Origin: a virus
Reading direction: 5' to 3' (one strand)
IMG/VR virus record: IMGVR_UViG_3300043039_000053
DNA length: 41,919 nt
Below the pieces are notes generated by a model. It was not told the DNA's origin. It saw only the letters and a list, made by a program, of their open reading frames with translations, and did no database searches. Both the position numbers and the translations under genes were made by a program. This document shows positions 41,802 through 41,919 of the stretch, piece after piece (positions within the stretch are counted from its first letter, which is position 1; each line of letters starts with the position of its first letter).

Positions 41802-41919
41802 TAGAGATGAGTTTGAGAGGTGGTATGACGAGGCCACAAATTACAACGATGGTGTAGCATACTACGTCGGTATTAATGATAGATACTGCTTCTCGGACAT
41901 AGAAATTGCATGGCAAGCA
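41794..41919 (+). CDS. 5' part of the junction-spanning CDS (continues at base 109 after removing the overlap)
   Basis: ATG 41794 overlaps the upstream stop (ATGAGTGA). The frame is continuous with 1-867. Confidence 0.6.
   Translation, partial: MSDRDEFERWYDEATNYNDGVAYYVGINDRYCFSDIEIAWQA
41812..41919. repeat. Terminal overlap, identical to 1-108
   Basis: Direct comparison. Confidence 0.95.

Noticed and set aside
1-41919. tRNA, rRNA and CRISPR genes
   Set aside because: I found no cloverleaf-compatible stretches with T-loop-type GTTCGAATC-like boxes. I found no spaced direct-repeat arrays on either strand.

Overview
The window is a complete tailed-phage genome closed on itself. Bases 1-108 are identical to 41812-41919, leaving about 41.8 kb of unique sequence, and one CDS runs across the junction. 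The layout is siphovirus-like.

- Minus strand, 23.8 to 2.2 kb: terS, terL, portal, MuF-like head protein, scaffold/protease, decoration protein, major capsid, connectors and tail tube. These are followed by a G/GT tail chaperone with a -1 frameshift site, a 1247-aa tape measure, three tail-tip/fibre genes and a lysis cassette.
- Minus strand, 29.6 to 26.2 kb: wHTH protein, replication initiator, DnaC-like loader, DUF1367-like protein and NinG.
- Plus strand, 29.8 to 31.3 kb: Rad52-like annealase, gp157-like protein and an SSB-like protein.
- Minus strand, 40.1 to 33.4 kb: Cro-like HTH, DUF3310-like protein, SNF2 helicase, DNA methyltransferase, beta sliding clamp and small zinc-finger proteins.
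- Plus strand, 40.3 kb across the junction to 2.2 kb: small accessory genes.
- Mobile DNA: three HNH endonuclease genes and a tnpB-only IS200/IS605-type element.

I recognise no integrase, CI-type repressor, tRNA or CRISPR array. The most unusual features are:
1. A promoter-to-terminator four-gene operon (23806-26167) of mostly unknown function, ending in a PagP-like envelope protein.
2. A roughly 300-nt hairpin-rich non-coding stretch (31300-31603).
3. The phage-borne tnpB element.

All family assignments come from motif recognition and memory. No database search or computation was run.
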